DNA of 64,000 nt. It comes from a virus (lineage: Duplodnaviria > Caudoviricetes). The stretch lies in the IMG/VR virus record IMGVR_UViG_2784746785_000001, positions 1 through 64,000 of that record; one strand, 5' to 3'. Under the pieces are notes generated by a model. It had not been told where the DNA came from, ran no database searches, and saw nothing but the letters and a program-made list of their open reading frames with translations. The first letter of the stretch is position 1. Every line of letters begins with the position of its first letter. This document shows, piece after piece, positions 19,201-27,994 of the stretch. A program made the translations under genes and the position numbers.

Positions 19201-20808
19201 TCAGATAAAAAGAATGCCTCTCGAATCGTAAACGGAGGCAGCATTGTCATTGCCCATTCGTATCGCCCTGTCGAGCGCCATGATCGTGGCGATTGCGCCG
19301 TCGATCTTCTCCGTGGATTTCTCCTTGTCGGCCTTAATGTTGCCCGCCGGATCGGTTCGGATGAAGATGTTGTCCATCATCCAGCGGAGCACCGGATGGC
19401 CTCCATGTGCTATTCGTTTCTCCAAGACCAGCTTCATCAGCTCCTTGGTCGGCGGAGACATGTCCTTGAAGCCCTGTCCGAAGGGAACGACGGTGAAGCC
19501 CATGCCCTCGAGATTCTGCACCATCTGGACGGCTCCCCAGCGGTCGAATGCGATCTCGCGGATGTTGAACCGTTCGCCGAGGTTCTCGATGAACTTTTCG
19601 ATGTATCCGTAGTGGATGACATTGCCCTCGGTCGTTTCGAGGACGCCTTGTTTCTGCCAGAGGTCGTAGGGAACGTGATCGCGCCGGACGCGCAAATCCA
19701 ATGTGCCCTCCGGCACCCAGAAGTATGGGAGAACCACATATTTGTCGTCCTCATCCTGCGGCGGGAAGACCAGCACGAACGCTGTAATATCCGTCGTGGA
19801 TGACAGGTCGAGTCCGCCGTAGCAGACGCGGCCTTCCAAATCGTCCTCATCCACCGGGAATGCGCAGGCATCCCATTTGTCCATTGGCATCCACCTGACA
19901 GACTGTTTCACCCACTGGTTCAGGCGAAGCTGCCGGAATGCGTTCTCCTCACCGGGATTCTGCTTTGCCGATTCGCACGCGGCTTTGACCTTGTCGATGC
20001 CGACCGTGATACCAAGGCTCGGATTGGCTTTCTTCCAGACCTTCGGGTCGGTCCAGTCCTCGGACTCGTCCGCTCCGAAGATGACCGGGTAGAAGGTCGG
20101 ATCGTGCTTCCTGCCGTTCATGATGTCGAGCGCTTTCTGGTGCTGCTCATAGCAGATCGACTGCGTATCATTCCCGGCAGTCGTGATCAGGAAGAACAGC
20201 GGCTGCATCCGCGCGTCGCCGGAGCCCTTGGTCATAACATCAAAGAGCTTCCGGTTCGGCTGCGTGTGCAGCTCGTCAAAGATCACGCCATGCGTATTGA
20301 ATCCATGCTTGTTTGCCACATCGGCGGAGAGCACCTGGTAGAAGCTGTGCGTCGGCAGGTATTCGAGCCGCTTCTGCGATTCGAGGATCTTCACGCGCTT
20401 TGAGAGTGCCGGGCAGAAGCGCACCATATCGACTGCCACGTCAAAGACGATCTTGGCCTGATTCCTGTCAGCCGCGCAGCCGTACACCTCGGCACGCTCC
20501 TCGCCGTCTCCGCAGGTGAGCAGCAGCGCGATCGCAGCGGCAAGCTCCGACTTGCCTTGCTTCTTCGGAATCTCGACGTAGGCGGTGTTGAACTGCCGGT
20601 AGCCGTTCTCCTTAATCACGCCGAACAGGTCGCGGACGATCTGCTCCTGCCAGTCGATCAGCTCGAAGGGCTTTCCGGCCCAGGTTCCCTTGGTATGGCA
20701 GAGCTGCTCGATGAACAGGCAGGCGTAGTCGGCAAGATTCTCGTCGTAATGGGAGGTCTTCTCCATGAACCGCGTGACCTTGTATTTCTTCAGTTTCCGT
20801 ACTGCCAA
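19201..20808 (-). CDS. terL: Terminase large subunit
   Basis: Walker A IPKKQGKSE, DELH, nuclease GLDLSS...KIDG. Probable TTG start at 20808. Confidence 0.93.
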   Translation of the reverse strand: MAVRKLKKYKVTRFMEKTSHYDENLADYACLFIEQLCHTKGTWAGKPFELIDWQEQIVRDLFGVIKENGYRQFNTAYVEIPKKQGKSELAAAIALLLTCGDGEERAEVYGCAADRNQAKIVFDVAVDMVRFCPALSKRVKILESQKRLEYLPTHSFYQVLSADVANKHGFNTHGVIFDELHTQPNRKLFDVMTKGSGDARMQPLFFLITTAGNDTQSICYEQHQKALDIMNGRKHDPTFYPVIFGADESEDWTDPKVWKKANPSLGITVGIDKVKAACESAKQNPGEENAFRQLRLNQWVKQSVRWMPMDKWDACAFPVDEDDLEGRVCYGGLDLSSTTDITAFVLVFPPQDEDDKYVVLPYFWVPEGTLDLRVRRDHVPYDLWQKQGVLETTEGNVIHYGYIEKFIENLGERFNIREIAFDRWGAVQMVQNLEGMGFTVVPFGQGFKDMSPPTKELMKLVLEKRIAHGGHPVLRWMMDNIFIRTDPAGNIKADKEKSTEKIDGAIATIMALDRAIRMGNDNAASVYDSRGILFI

Positions 20809-20841
20809 TGGAAAATCACTCCCTTCATGGCATAAAAATAA

Positions 20842-20856
20842 CCGCATCGCTGCGGC
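20842..20856 (-). terminator. Short terminator after the moron cluster
   Basis: CCGCA/TGCGG hairpin followed by TTATTTTT on the minus strand. Confidence 0.4.
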
Positions 20857-20924
20857 TTCTATCAGTACGAGAGCGAGAGCCCGGTTGGGCTCTGCTTTCG
20901 GAATATTCAAATTCAGGTTGATGC

Positions 20925-21152
20925 TTAGTTGTACTGCTTCATGAGTACCGCGTAGGCAAGCTGACTGGCTTCGTCCTCGGGCTCGATGTCCCATCCGCGG
21001 TCGTAGTTGAGTGTGACCTTGCCGCCGACACGCAGTTCCATCTTGGAAATGCGTCCGCCGTCGATTCCGTAATCCTCGGAAGGCTCCGGGTAGTGCTTTA
21101 CCCAGTACTTTACAACCGCTCCTTCGATGAGCAGTGATCCTTTTTCCCACAT
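20925..21152 (-). CDS. Hypothetical protein (moron cluster)
   Basis: MWEKGSLL...GIDGGRISK...NYDRGWDIEP; GGAGG RBS. Confidence 0.7.
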   Translation of the reverse strand: MWEKGSLLIEGAVVKYWVKHYPEPSEDYGIDGGRISKMELRVGGKVTLNYDRGWDIEPEDEASQLAYAVLMKQYN

Positions 21153-21166
21153 TGTCTTGTCCTCCT

Positions 21167-21493
21167 TCAGGCTTTTCTGACTTCGACCAGCCATCCGGTA
21201 GTCGGGTGCTGTTCGCCGGTTTCCTTTTCCGTTACCATCCAGTCTTCGTCGATGAAGCAAAGGTGCTTTCCGACCTTGATGAAGCGGATGCTCTCGAATC
21301 CGGGAATGTTGCAGCGGATGACCTTTGCGCTGCGACTTTCTCCGTCGTAGCTTTTGCCGTCCCAGCCGTTGAAGGTGAAGCGGATGCTTTCCTTTGTCTT
21401 TGTGAAGGCTTCCTCGAAATCCTCCCGGCTGATGCTGGTGTTGTAATCTCCAAGTGTGAAGTGGCTTCTGAGTTCGTCGTAAATGTTTGTCAT
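21167..21493 (-). CDS. Hypothetical protein (moron cluster)
   Basis: GGAGG RBS before MTNIYDEL; preceded by motif B. Confidence 0.65.
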   Translation of the reverse strand: MTNIYDELRSHFTLGDYNTSISREDFEEAFTKTKESIRFTFNGWDGKSYDGESRSAKVIRCNIPGFESIRFIKVGKHLCFIDEDWMVTEKETGEQHPTTGWLVEVRKA

Positions 21494-21540
21494 GGTGGTT
21501 TCCTCCGTTTGCTTTGTTTTCCCTTTCGGTGTGTACATAT

Positions 21541-21567
21541 ATCACTCTGAACGGCCTTTATAGCAAG
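21541..21567 (-). promoter_or_regulatory. Motif B copy 2
   Basis: CTTGCTA-N12-AGAGTGAT, followed by a CCGAAAGG mini-hairpin. Confidence 0.55.
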
Positions 21568-21629
21568 TCGTTTCCGGAGAATATATGTGACAATCTTCAG
21601 GGCAGTTTCGGCGGAGAAAATTGTATAGT

Positions 21630-22097
21630 TTACAGCTCGAATTCGATGCCGTTCTTGCGTTCCGGCTCCTTGCTGCCGAAGCGGTGGTTGTCCACTCTGG
21701 TGACGGTCTTGAGTCCGTTCATCCGGCAGCCGAATGCCGTCAGTCCATAGATGCCGTCCATCAGGCCGGTGCTCTGGTCGGTCACCACAATCGCGGTGAT
21801 TCCGGCTTCCCGGAGCGTCCTGACGAAATCCTCAAGCTCGTAGTCCCAGGGCAGGTCGTCGGCCTCGAAGGCGTCCGCGCCGTTCCTGAGGCTCCGGTCG
21901 TAAAGGACCAGCGCCTTGTTCTGACCGGCGGTGAAGGGGTACGGAAATTCCTCTTTCTCGCGCCTGTCAAAGGCTTTCACGCTGTCCCAGTCGTCCGCGG
22001 CGATCATCGTGTCGCGTTCCTTTTCACGGATGGCCTGCGCCTCGTTGTAGGCGATCGCTGTGTCTCTCATCTGTTCGAAGTATGTGTTCTTTTCCAT
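21630..22097 (-). CDS. Hypothetical protein (moron cluster)
   Basis: 155 aa, GGAGG RBS, preceded by motif B. Confidence 0.7.
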   Translation of the reverse strand: MEKNTYFEQMRDTAIAYNEAQAIREKERDTMIAADDWDSVKAFDRREKEEFPYPFTAGQNKALVLYDRSLRNGADAFEADDLPWDYELEDFVRTLREAGITAIVVTDQSTGLMDGIYGLTAFGCRMNGLKTVTRVDNHRFGSKEPERKNGIEFEL

Positions 22098-22151
22098 CGT
22101 GTTTTCCTCCTGATTTTCGCTTGTTTTCTGTGCCTTTCGGCATGTATATAC

Positions 22152-22178
22152 ATCACTCTTTCGAGGGGATATAGCAAG
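22152..22178 (-). promoter_or_regulatory. Motif B copy 3
   Basis: Same motif and spacing, followed by a GCCGAAAGGC hairpin. Confidence 0.55.
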
Positions 22179-22220
22179 TCAATTCGGCCAGATAAATTGA
22201 TAACTTTCTGTGCCTGAAAA

Positions 22221-22406
22221 TCAGGATTCCTGCGTTTCGCCGGTCATGATGAAATGCACGTATTCTTTGCGATGCTCTTCGATGAAGATCACCAGCTCGT
22301 AGTAGTTCCGGTCGAAGGCGAGGCGCTGCACGTAGGGCAGGTCGAACATGTTCGCCAGCCCGGTGTCGCGGATCGCGAGGATCTGCTCTTTGACCTTCTC
22401 ATCCAT
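22221..22406 (-). CDS. DUF5049-like small protein
   Basis: MDEKVKEQILAIRDTGLANMFD...YVHFIMTG. Confidence 0.75.
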   Translation of the reverse strand: MDEKVKEQILAIRDTGLANMFDLPYVQRLAFDRNYYELVIFIEEHRKEYVHFIMTGETQES

Positions 22407-22407
22407 G

Positions 22408-22632
22408 TCAGTCCACCACCTTCCGCACGATGTCTTCGCCGTAGATCACGTTGAGTCCGCTGCCGTTGTCCCAGTGGACCAGCAGGCTGCCGGTGTCGTC
22501 GATGCCGTAGACGGTTCCGCGGGTTCCGGCAGGCGGTGCCTGAATGTCGTCCATTTGGACGAGCTCCACGCGCGTGCCATTCGGGTAGGTTTCCTTGAGC
22601 CTCTTGAGCTGTTCCGGTCTGATTATCCTCAT
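22408..22632 (-). CDS. DUF4314-like protein
   Basis: YPNGTRVELVQMDD...GTRGTV...DDTG...WDNGSGL. Confidence 0.8.
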   Translation of the reverse strand: MRIIRPEQLKRLKETYPNGTRVELVQMDDIQAPPAGTRGTVYGIDDTGSLLVHWDNGSGLNVIYGEDIVRKVVD

Positions 22633-23393
22633 GCCTGCACCTCCTCGGTATCCGTAGCTTCCGCAGCAGGTTCTTCGGTGGCTTCTTTCTTGGGAGCGCC
22701 GTTCTTCCAGCTTGAGTTGCCCTCAAGGTTCTGGAGCAGGATCTTGCGTTCCTGTTTGTATTCGCTGCCGATGAATCCAAGGCGGAGCAGGAAGCAGCGG
22801 AATGCGTATTTCTCGTTGGTGACCGGCGTTTCGGTCGAGCTCGCGCGTTTCAGTTCCTTGGAAAGCTTGCAGAGCTGGGCGATGAACATCGTGTACGCTC
22901 TGGTTTCCTCCGGCGTGGGCAGTTCCTTGAACCAGGGGAAGGCGATCTTGTCGTCCCTAATCTCGAACCGAAGGTCGTCGATGCCGAGCGCCTTCTTGAT
23001 GAGCGTTCCCTTGGCTTCGAGGATGTTGGTCAATGTTCCGACCGCAACCTTGTCGAGCGGAAGCTCAACCGTCAGGCCCGCTTCGTTGCCCTGTGGCGCG
23101 TCCTGTTCGCTTGTTTCCGGCTCTTCGGATACTTCTCCGGCTTCGGCTTCAGCCGTTTCCTGCAGCTCGGGCTCGAATCCCGCGGCAGCGATGGCTTCGA
23201 GAACCTTCTCGACCTCCTCGGAATCCGCCATGTCGTCGAACTCGAGCGTGCCGTCCTTGGTGACGGTGAAATAGTCGATCTCGTAGTTGCAGGTCGGCAT
23301 GAATTTGTATTCTGCCTTGGCTCCGGTGGTGTCGGAGATGACCTTGACCAGTTCTTTCCTCTGTGCTCCTGTTACGTTGTAGTTGATTCGCAT
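22629..23393 (-). CDS. Phage 'virulence-related' family protein
   Basis: RKELVKVIS...NEKYAFRCFLLRLGFIG..YK..RKILL.NL.GNSSW; start MRINYN. Confidence 0.75.
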   Translation of the reverse strand: MRINYNVTGAQRKELVKVISDTTGAKAEYKFMPTCNYEIDYFTVTKDGTLEFDDMADSEEVEKVLEAIAAAGFEPELQETAEAEAGEVSEEPETSEQDAPQGNEAGLTVELPLDKVAVGTLTNILEAKGTLIKKALGIDDLRFEIRDDKIAFPWFKELPTPEETRAYTMFIAQLCKLSKELKRASSTETPVTNEKYAFRCFLLRLGFIGSEYKQERKILLQNLEGNSSWKNGAPKKEATEEPAAEATDTEEVQA

Positions 23394-23455
23394 TGTGTTT
23401 ACCTCCTTGGTATGCGTCTGTCCGGAAGGCCCTGTGCCTTTCGGCATGTCTATAC

Positions 23456-23482
23456 ATCACTCTGAAGGCCTGTAATAGCAAG
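23456..23482 (-). promoter_or_regulatory. Motif B copy 4
   Basis: Same motif and spacing, followed by a GCCGAAAGGC hairpin. Confidence 0.55.
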
Positions 23483-23557
23483 CGAATCTGCGATATTTTT
23501 CTGGTAGAAAATCTTCTGATTATCCGGCTCTGAAACTGTGCTTAGTACACAAAGGGA

Positions 23558-24817
23558 TCACTCGCCGTCCGGCAGCTCGACCTCCTTCACAAGGTCGGAG
23601 TACATGAGTTTCTTGCCGTCGCGGACGACATGCACGTTCCCGGAATCGCCGGTGTCCTCGACGTAGCGTCGGAGGATGACGGAGGCGTATTTCGGATCAA
23701 GCTCGCACATATAGCAGGTGCGGTTGAGCTGCTCGCAGGCCATGAGCGTGGAACCGGAGCCGCCGAAAGTGTCGATGACGATGGCGTTCTCCTGCGTGGA
23801 GTTCTGGATCGGATAGCCGAGCAGGTCGAGAGGCTTGCTGGTCGGATGATCCTTGTTGCGCTTGGGTTTGTCGAAGTTCCATATGGTGGTTTCCGCGCGT
23901 CCTGCGTACCACGGATGCTTGCCGTTCTGGAGGAATCCATAGAGCACGGGCTCATGCTGCCACTGGTAATCGGAGCGACCGAGTACGAGGCTGTTCTTCA
24001 CCCAGATGCACACGCCTGCGAGATGGAATCCAGCGTCGACGAAAGCACGCCGGAAGGTCAGGCCCTCGGTGTCCGCATGGAAGCAGTATGCCGCGCCGCC
24101 TTTCTCCAGATGGTCGGCCATGTTCTTGAATGCGGAGAGCAGGAAGTTGTAGAATTCCTCGCCCTTGAGGCTGTCGTTCTGGATCGTCAGGCCATCGGAT
24201 GCCTTGAAGGAAACGCCGTACGGCGGGTCCGTGAGTACGAGGTTCGCTCGCTTGCCGTCCATGAGTGTATCTACATCTTCAGCGCTGGTGGCGTCGCCAC
24301 ACATCAGCCTGTGCCGTCCGACCGCCCAGATGTCGTCGCGCTCCACGAAGGAGGCCTTCTCAAGTGCAGCGGACAGGTCGAAGTCGTCATCCTCGATGTC
24401 CTTGTCGGATTCTCCTTTCAGCAGCTTCTCAAGTTCCTTGTCGTCGAATCCGAGCAGGGAGAGGTCGAAGGCGTTCTCCTGCAAATCGGAGAGTTCGACG
24501 GAAAGCATCTCCTCATCCCAACCGGCGTTCAGCGCGAGCTGATTGTCGGCGAGGATGTAGGCGCGTTTCTGCGCGTCGGTCAGATCCTCGGCGAATACGC
24601 AAGGGACGGTCTTGTACCCTTCCTCTCGTGCAGCAGCAATCCGTCCGTGGCCGACGAGGATGTTGTAATCCTGATCGATGACCGCAGGGCTTACGAATCC
24701 GAACTCCCGGAGGGAGGAGCGGAGCTGCGCGATCTGTTCTTTACTATGTGTCCGGGCGTTCCGGGCATATGGCACCAGATTGTCAATCGGTACCTGTTCA
24801 AGTCTTTGTGTGTTCAT
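23558..24817 (-). CDS. ParB-N domain + N4/N6 DNA methyltransferase
   Basis: YARNARTH ParB-like N-terminus; LTDPPY; HPTSKP; IDTFGGSGST. Confidence 0.92.
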   Translation of the reverse strand: MNTQRLEQVPIDNLVPYARNARTHSKEQIAQLRSSLREFGFVSPAVIDQDYNILVGHGRIAAAREEGYKTVPCVFAEDLTDAQKRAYILADNQLALNAGWDEEMLSVELSDLQENAFDLSLLGFDDKELEKLLKGESDKDIEDDDFDLSAALEKASFVERDDIWAVGRHRLMCGDATSAEDVDTLMDGKRANLVLTDPPYGVSFKASDGLTIQNDSLKGEEFYNFLLSAFKNMADHLEKGGAAYCFHADTEGLTFRRAFVDAGFHLAGVCIWVKNSLVLGRSDYQWQHEPVLYGFLQNGKHPWYAGRAETTIWNFDKPKRNKDHPTSKPLDLLGYPIQNSTQENAIVIDTFGGSGSTLMACEQLNRTCYMCELDPKYASVILRRYVEDTGDSGNVHVVRDGKKLMYSDLVKEVELPDGE

Positions 24818-25369
24818 TTACATTCCCTTTCTGGCACGAAGCAGTCTCTCCATCACGTCGTCCTGCGGATTCGCGCCGCCATACTCGGTGGAGCAGTTCT
24901 CCTTCACGATCTGGAAGATCTCGTCCCACAGGCGGTTCGCCTGATTCATGTAGTTGATGCCGATATTGATGAACGGCGACGGGATCGGCTTTCCGGTCGT
25001 CGGATGCTTGCTCAAATATCCGAGCTTGGTCGTCATTTCCTCGCACTGAATCCATCTCGCGGAGCACATCGCATACCGTTCCAGCAGCTGCGGTGATACG
25101 GCTTTTGCGACGCCGAGCTTGTCGAGCCATTCCCAAGTCTCGCGGTAGATGTCGGCGGCCTCCAGAGTGGAGCCGTCATGCTGCCGAGCCGAGAGGAACT
25201 CGTGCGGTTCCGGCATGTCCTCGCCCTCGGTGTCTGGGATGTCGAGCACTTCGAGCTTTCGTCCGCCCGGATTCCCGTTTTCGTATTTCTCCTTGACGGC
25301 GGTTTTCTTCCGGCCAGCGCCGGGACGTCTGCCGCCGCGACCGCCAGTGTTATTCGATTTTGTAGGCAT
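24818..25369 (-). CDS. terS: Terminase small subunit (P27 family)
   Basis: GGRRPGAGRKK N-terminus; HPTTGKPIPSPF; DDVMERLL. Confidence 0.85.
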   Translation of the reverse strand: MPTKSNNTGGRGGRRPGAGRKKTAVKEKYENGNPGGRKLEVLDIPDTEGEDMPEPHEFLSARQHDGSTLEAADIYRETWEWLDKLGVAKAVSPQLLERYAMCSARWIQCEEMTTKLGYLSKHPTTGKPIPSPFINIGINYMNQANRLWDEIFQIVKENCSTEYGGANPQDDVMERLLRARKGM

Positions 25370-25429
25370 TTCGTCACCGCCTTTCTCGCATGTACGCGCG
25401 TAATAGATAAGGAGCCGGGTTATTACCCG

Positions 25430-25510
25430 TTTGATTTCGCTTTTTTCGTACAGAAAGCCCCGCGCCGTTTTCCGGGAGGCCGCCTCGCAGAGATTTCGAC
25501 CGCCCCTACC
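25430..25510 (-). other. Probable cos/packaging region
   Basis: GC-rich non-coding segment between HNH and terS (GAAAACGGCGCGGGG on the minus strand). This is the position of cos in HNH-TerS HK97-type phages. Confidence 0.4.
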
Positions 25511-25859
25511 GGTCGCCGCGTTCCCTGTGGATCTTCTCGTGGCACGACCTGCAGAGGCTCATGAGGTTGCTCTCGTCGTTCGTCCCGCCTTCCGACAGCG
25601 GAACGATGTGGTGGACTTCCTCGACCGCAACGTATCGTCCCCGCTTAAGGCACATCTCGCACAAGGGATGCTTGTGAACGTAACGGTCGCGGATGCGTTT
25701 CCAATGCCTGCCGTAACGCTTGCCGGTGGAGTAGCCGCGCGTGAACGTCTCGTAGTGCTTCTCCATCAAGGCTTTGTGCTCCGGGCAGTACTGTTCGCCG
25801 TCGTCGCAGAGGTTCGGGCATCCGGGATAGCGGCAGGGCCGATTTGGTTTCATTGGCAT
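25506..25859 (-). CDS. Packaging-associated HNH endonuclease
   Basis: HPLCEMC...EEVHHIVPLSEGGT...NLMSLCRSCH. Confidence 0.9.
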   Translation of the reverse strand: MPMKPNRPCRYPGCPNLCDDGEQYCPEHKALMEKHYETFTRGYSTGKRYGRHWKRIRDRYVHKHPLCEMCLKRGRYVAVEEVHHIVPLSEGGTNDESNLMSLCRSCHEKIHRERGDR

Positions 25860-25888
25860 AGGCGCTGCCTCCTTTCCGGGCATGAGAA

Positions 25889-25922
25889 AAGCCCCGGCAG
25901 GAGATTGCTCCCGTCGAGGCTT
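25889..25922 (-). terminator. Terminator-like hairpin in the late leader
   Basis: 15-bp stem (one mismatch, two G-U pairs), 4-nt loop, followed by TTCT. Confidence 0.45.
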
Positions 25923-25944
25923 CTGGTTCTTCTTATGGTTTTCG

Positions 25945-26010
25945 CTATTGTAAGGATAACACAGAAGGCGTCTGCCATTCTGTGCCAAAGTGTGCCAAAC
26001 CGTGCCAACT
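25945..26010 (-). promoter_or_regulatory. Late promoter region: 4 x 10-bp TGCCA repeats + extended -10
   Basis: tctgccattc/tgtgccaaag/tgtgccaaac/cgtgccaact at 25971-26010. TGTTATCCT/TACAAT lie downstream on the minus strand. Confidence 0.55.
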
Positions 26011-26013
26011 TTT

Positions 26014-26427
26014 CTAATCCGGCATTGTGAAGTTCTGAAGTGCCGATCCGTGGATGCGGTGTACGGTGCGGAGGCTGACGTTCAGCATGCTGGCGATCTC
26101 CTCCCATGTGCAGTTGTCGATGTACCGGTAGCGGAGAACCAGCTGCTCCTCGGGATCAGCCAGCAGGTCGATACGCGCGTTGATCTCGTCCCGCAGCGTA
26201 ATGAGCTGCGCCACCTTCTTCTCCACGTCGGCCTGTATCTCGTCGATCTTGTGGAGGCAGGTGACGAAGTGCGCGTCGCTTGGCGTGTTCGGGTTCCTCG
26301 GCATGCCGTCGTAGCGCATGCCGCTGACGCTGGTGGACATTTCCCTCCAGTAGTCGATCTCCCGGAGCCGCGAGTGGATCAGCGCATCCAGGTGCTTGGC
26401 CTGATTCAGATATTGCTTCGGAGTCAT
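26014..26427 (-). CDS. Late transcriptional activator (ArpU/RinA/DUF1492-like, sigma-r4 HTH)
   Basis: MTPKQYLNQA...LRYRYIDNCTWEEIASMLNVSLRTVHRIH. Confidence 0.85.
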   Translation of the reverse strand: MTPKQYLNQAKHLDALIHSRLREIDYWREMSTSVSGMRYDGMPRNPNTPSDAHFVTCLHKIDEIQADVEKKVAQLITLRDEINARIDLLADPEEQLVLRYRYIDNCTWEEIASMLNVSLRTVHRIHGSALQNFTMPD

Positions 26428-26645
26428 CTCATCACCTCCTCGTTGAGCTTTCTTATCAGCATCTCGCCGTCAACCGTCGTCAGCGCCTGATACCACTGAG
26501 AGCGGAAGAACCGTTCGATTGATTCCTTCTCCGTTTGAGCGGCCTTGTTCCGCGGGTTCATGCGCAGGGCCTTCAGTGCTGTCCGGTAGTCGCGGACAGC
26601 CTGCAGGATGACGGCGTTGGCGAGATTCTCGTAGGGGTCGTTCAT
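26424..26645 (-). CDS. Conserved phage hypothetical protein
   Basis: MNDPYENLANAVILQAVRDY...FFRSQWY; ATGA coupling on both sides. Confidence 0.75.
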   Translation of the reverse strand: MNDPYENLANAVILQAVRDYRTALKALRMNPRNKAAQTEKESIERFFRSQWYQALTTVDGEMLIRKLNEEVMR

Positions 26646-27994
26646 CGCATCACCGCCTTCACCGCAGCGATAAGCGCTGACTGCGTCTTGTCCTTGCGTT
26701 TCAAGGCGTTGAGGATCTGCCCGTCGATGGTGCTCGCAGTGACGATGTGCTGGATGACGACGGTCCGGCTTTTCTGGCCTTGCCGCCAGAGCCTTGCGTT
26801 CGTCTGCTGGTAGAGCTCCAATGACCACGTGAGGCCGAACCAGACAAGCGTCGATCCGCCGGACTGCAGGTTGAGCCCGTGACCGGCGGAGGCCGGGTGG
26901 ATGACTGCTACAGGAATATTGCCCGCATTCCAGTCATCGATGTCCTGCGACGACTTGATCTCCCGGACGTCGAACCATCTGCGGATTCTCTCCAGATCGT
27001 GCCGGAACCAGTAGGCGACAAGCAGCGGCTTCCCGTTCGCGGCCTCGATGATGTCCTCCAAGGCGTCGAGCTTCCGGTCATGGAATTCGATGATCTTCCC
27101 GTCGTCGGAGTAGATCGCGCCGTTTGCAAGCTGAGAGAGCTTCCCGGTAAGCGTTGCCGCGTTCGCTGCGGTGATCTCGTCGCCGTGAAGTTCCAGCACC
27201 AGATCGTTCTTCAGCTCCTCGTACCGTTTGCGCTCCTCGGCGGACAGCTGCACCTCGTACTGCGTGGAGATGAGCTCCGGCATCTTCAGATGATCGGTCG
27301 ACTTCATGGAAATCGTGATATCCGAGATTTTCCGGTAGATCGCGTCCTCTGCATACGGCAGCGGCTTGTAGGAGTAGATGATCTCGCCGTTGCGCTTGTC
27401 GGGCATGAAGTAGGCCGTCCGGTACTGGGTGATGAAGCGTCCGAGGCGCTGTCCCTGATCGAGGGCCTTGAACTCCGCCCACAGATCCATGAGACCGTTG
27501 CTCGATGGCGTTCCGGTGAGTCCGATGATCCGCTTCACCTTCGGCCTGACCTTCATCAGGGCGCGGAACCGCTTTGACTTGTGGTTCTTGAAGGAGGAGA
27601 GCTCGTCCAATACCACCATGTCGTAGGTGAAGGGAATGCCGGAGTCGTCGATCAGCCATCCGAGGTTCTCCCGGTTGATGATCGTGACATCCGCGCCCTG
27701 CAGGAGAGCCGCTTTCCGTTCGCGTGAGTTTCCGACTGCGACGGCGTAGGTGAGGCCGGAAAGGTGCTCCCATTTCCGTATCTCCGCGGGCCATGTGTCA
27801 CGGGCGACTCTGAGAGGCGCGACCACGAGAATCCGGTGAACCTCGAAGCTGTCGAACAGGAGGTCAACGGCGGCGGTCAGCGTGATGATTGTTTTTCCAA
27901 GTCCGCAATCAAGGAAGATGGCGGCTGTTTCGTGCGTCTCGATATACGAGACGCAGTATTGCTGGTAGTAATGAAGGTCACTCAGTTTCGGCAT
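26642..27994 (-). CDS. SNF2-family helicase
   Basis: LDCGLGKT, DELSSFK, LTGTP, HGLNLQ, QTNARLWRQGQ. Confidence 0.93.
   Translation of the reverse strand: MPKLSDLHYYQQYCVSYIETHETAAIFLDCGLGKTIITLTAAVDLLFDSFEVHRILVVAPLRVARDTWPAEIRKWEHLSGLTYAVAVGNSRERKAALLQGADVTIINRENLGWLIDDSGIPFTYDMVVLDELSSFKNHKSKRFRALMKVRPKVKRIIGLTGTPSSNGLMDLWAEFKALDQGQRLGRFITQYRTAYFMPDKRNGEIIYSYKPLPYAEDAIYRKISDITISMKSTDHLKMPELISTQYEVQLSAEERKRYEELKNDLVLELHGDEITAANAATLTGKLSQLANGAIYSDDGKIIEFHDRKLDALEDIIEAANGKPLLVAYWFRHDLERIRRWFDVREIKSSQDIDDWNAGNIPVAVIHPASAGHGLNLQSGGSTLVWFGLTWSLELYQQTNARLWRQGQKSRTVVIQHIVTASTIDGQILNALKRKDKTQSALIAAVKAVMR

Noticed and set aside
20809-21150. N-terminal extension of TerL in the ORF track (also extensions of HK97 gp10, capsid, VRR-NUC, DUF2800, HNH and sigma-like genes)
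   Set aside because: The extensions overlap other genes or terminators, and better RBS-linked starts exist downstream.
23630-25096. 488-aa plus-strand ORF (similarly 16023..17036, 16891..18042, 29560..30981, 22348..23274, 34699..35517)
   Set aside because: Antisense shadows of well-supported minus-strand phage genes in GC-rich DNA; no RBS or recognisable motifs.
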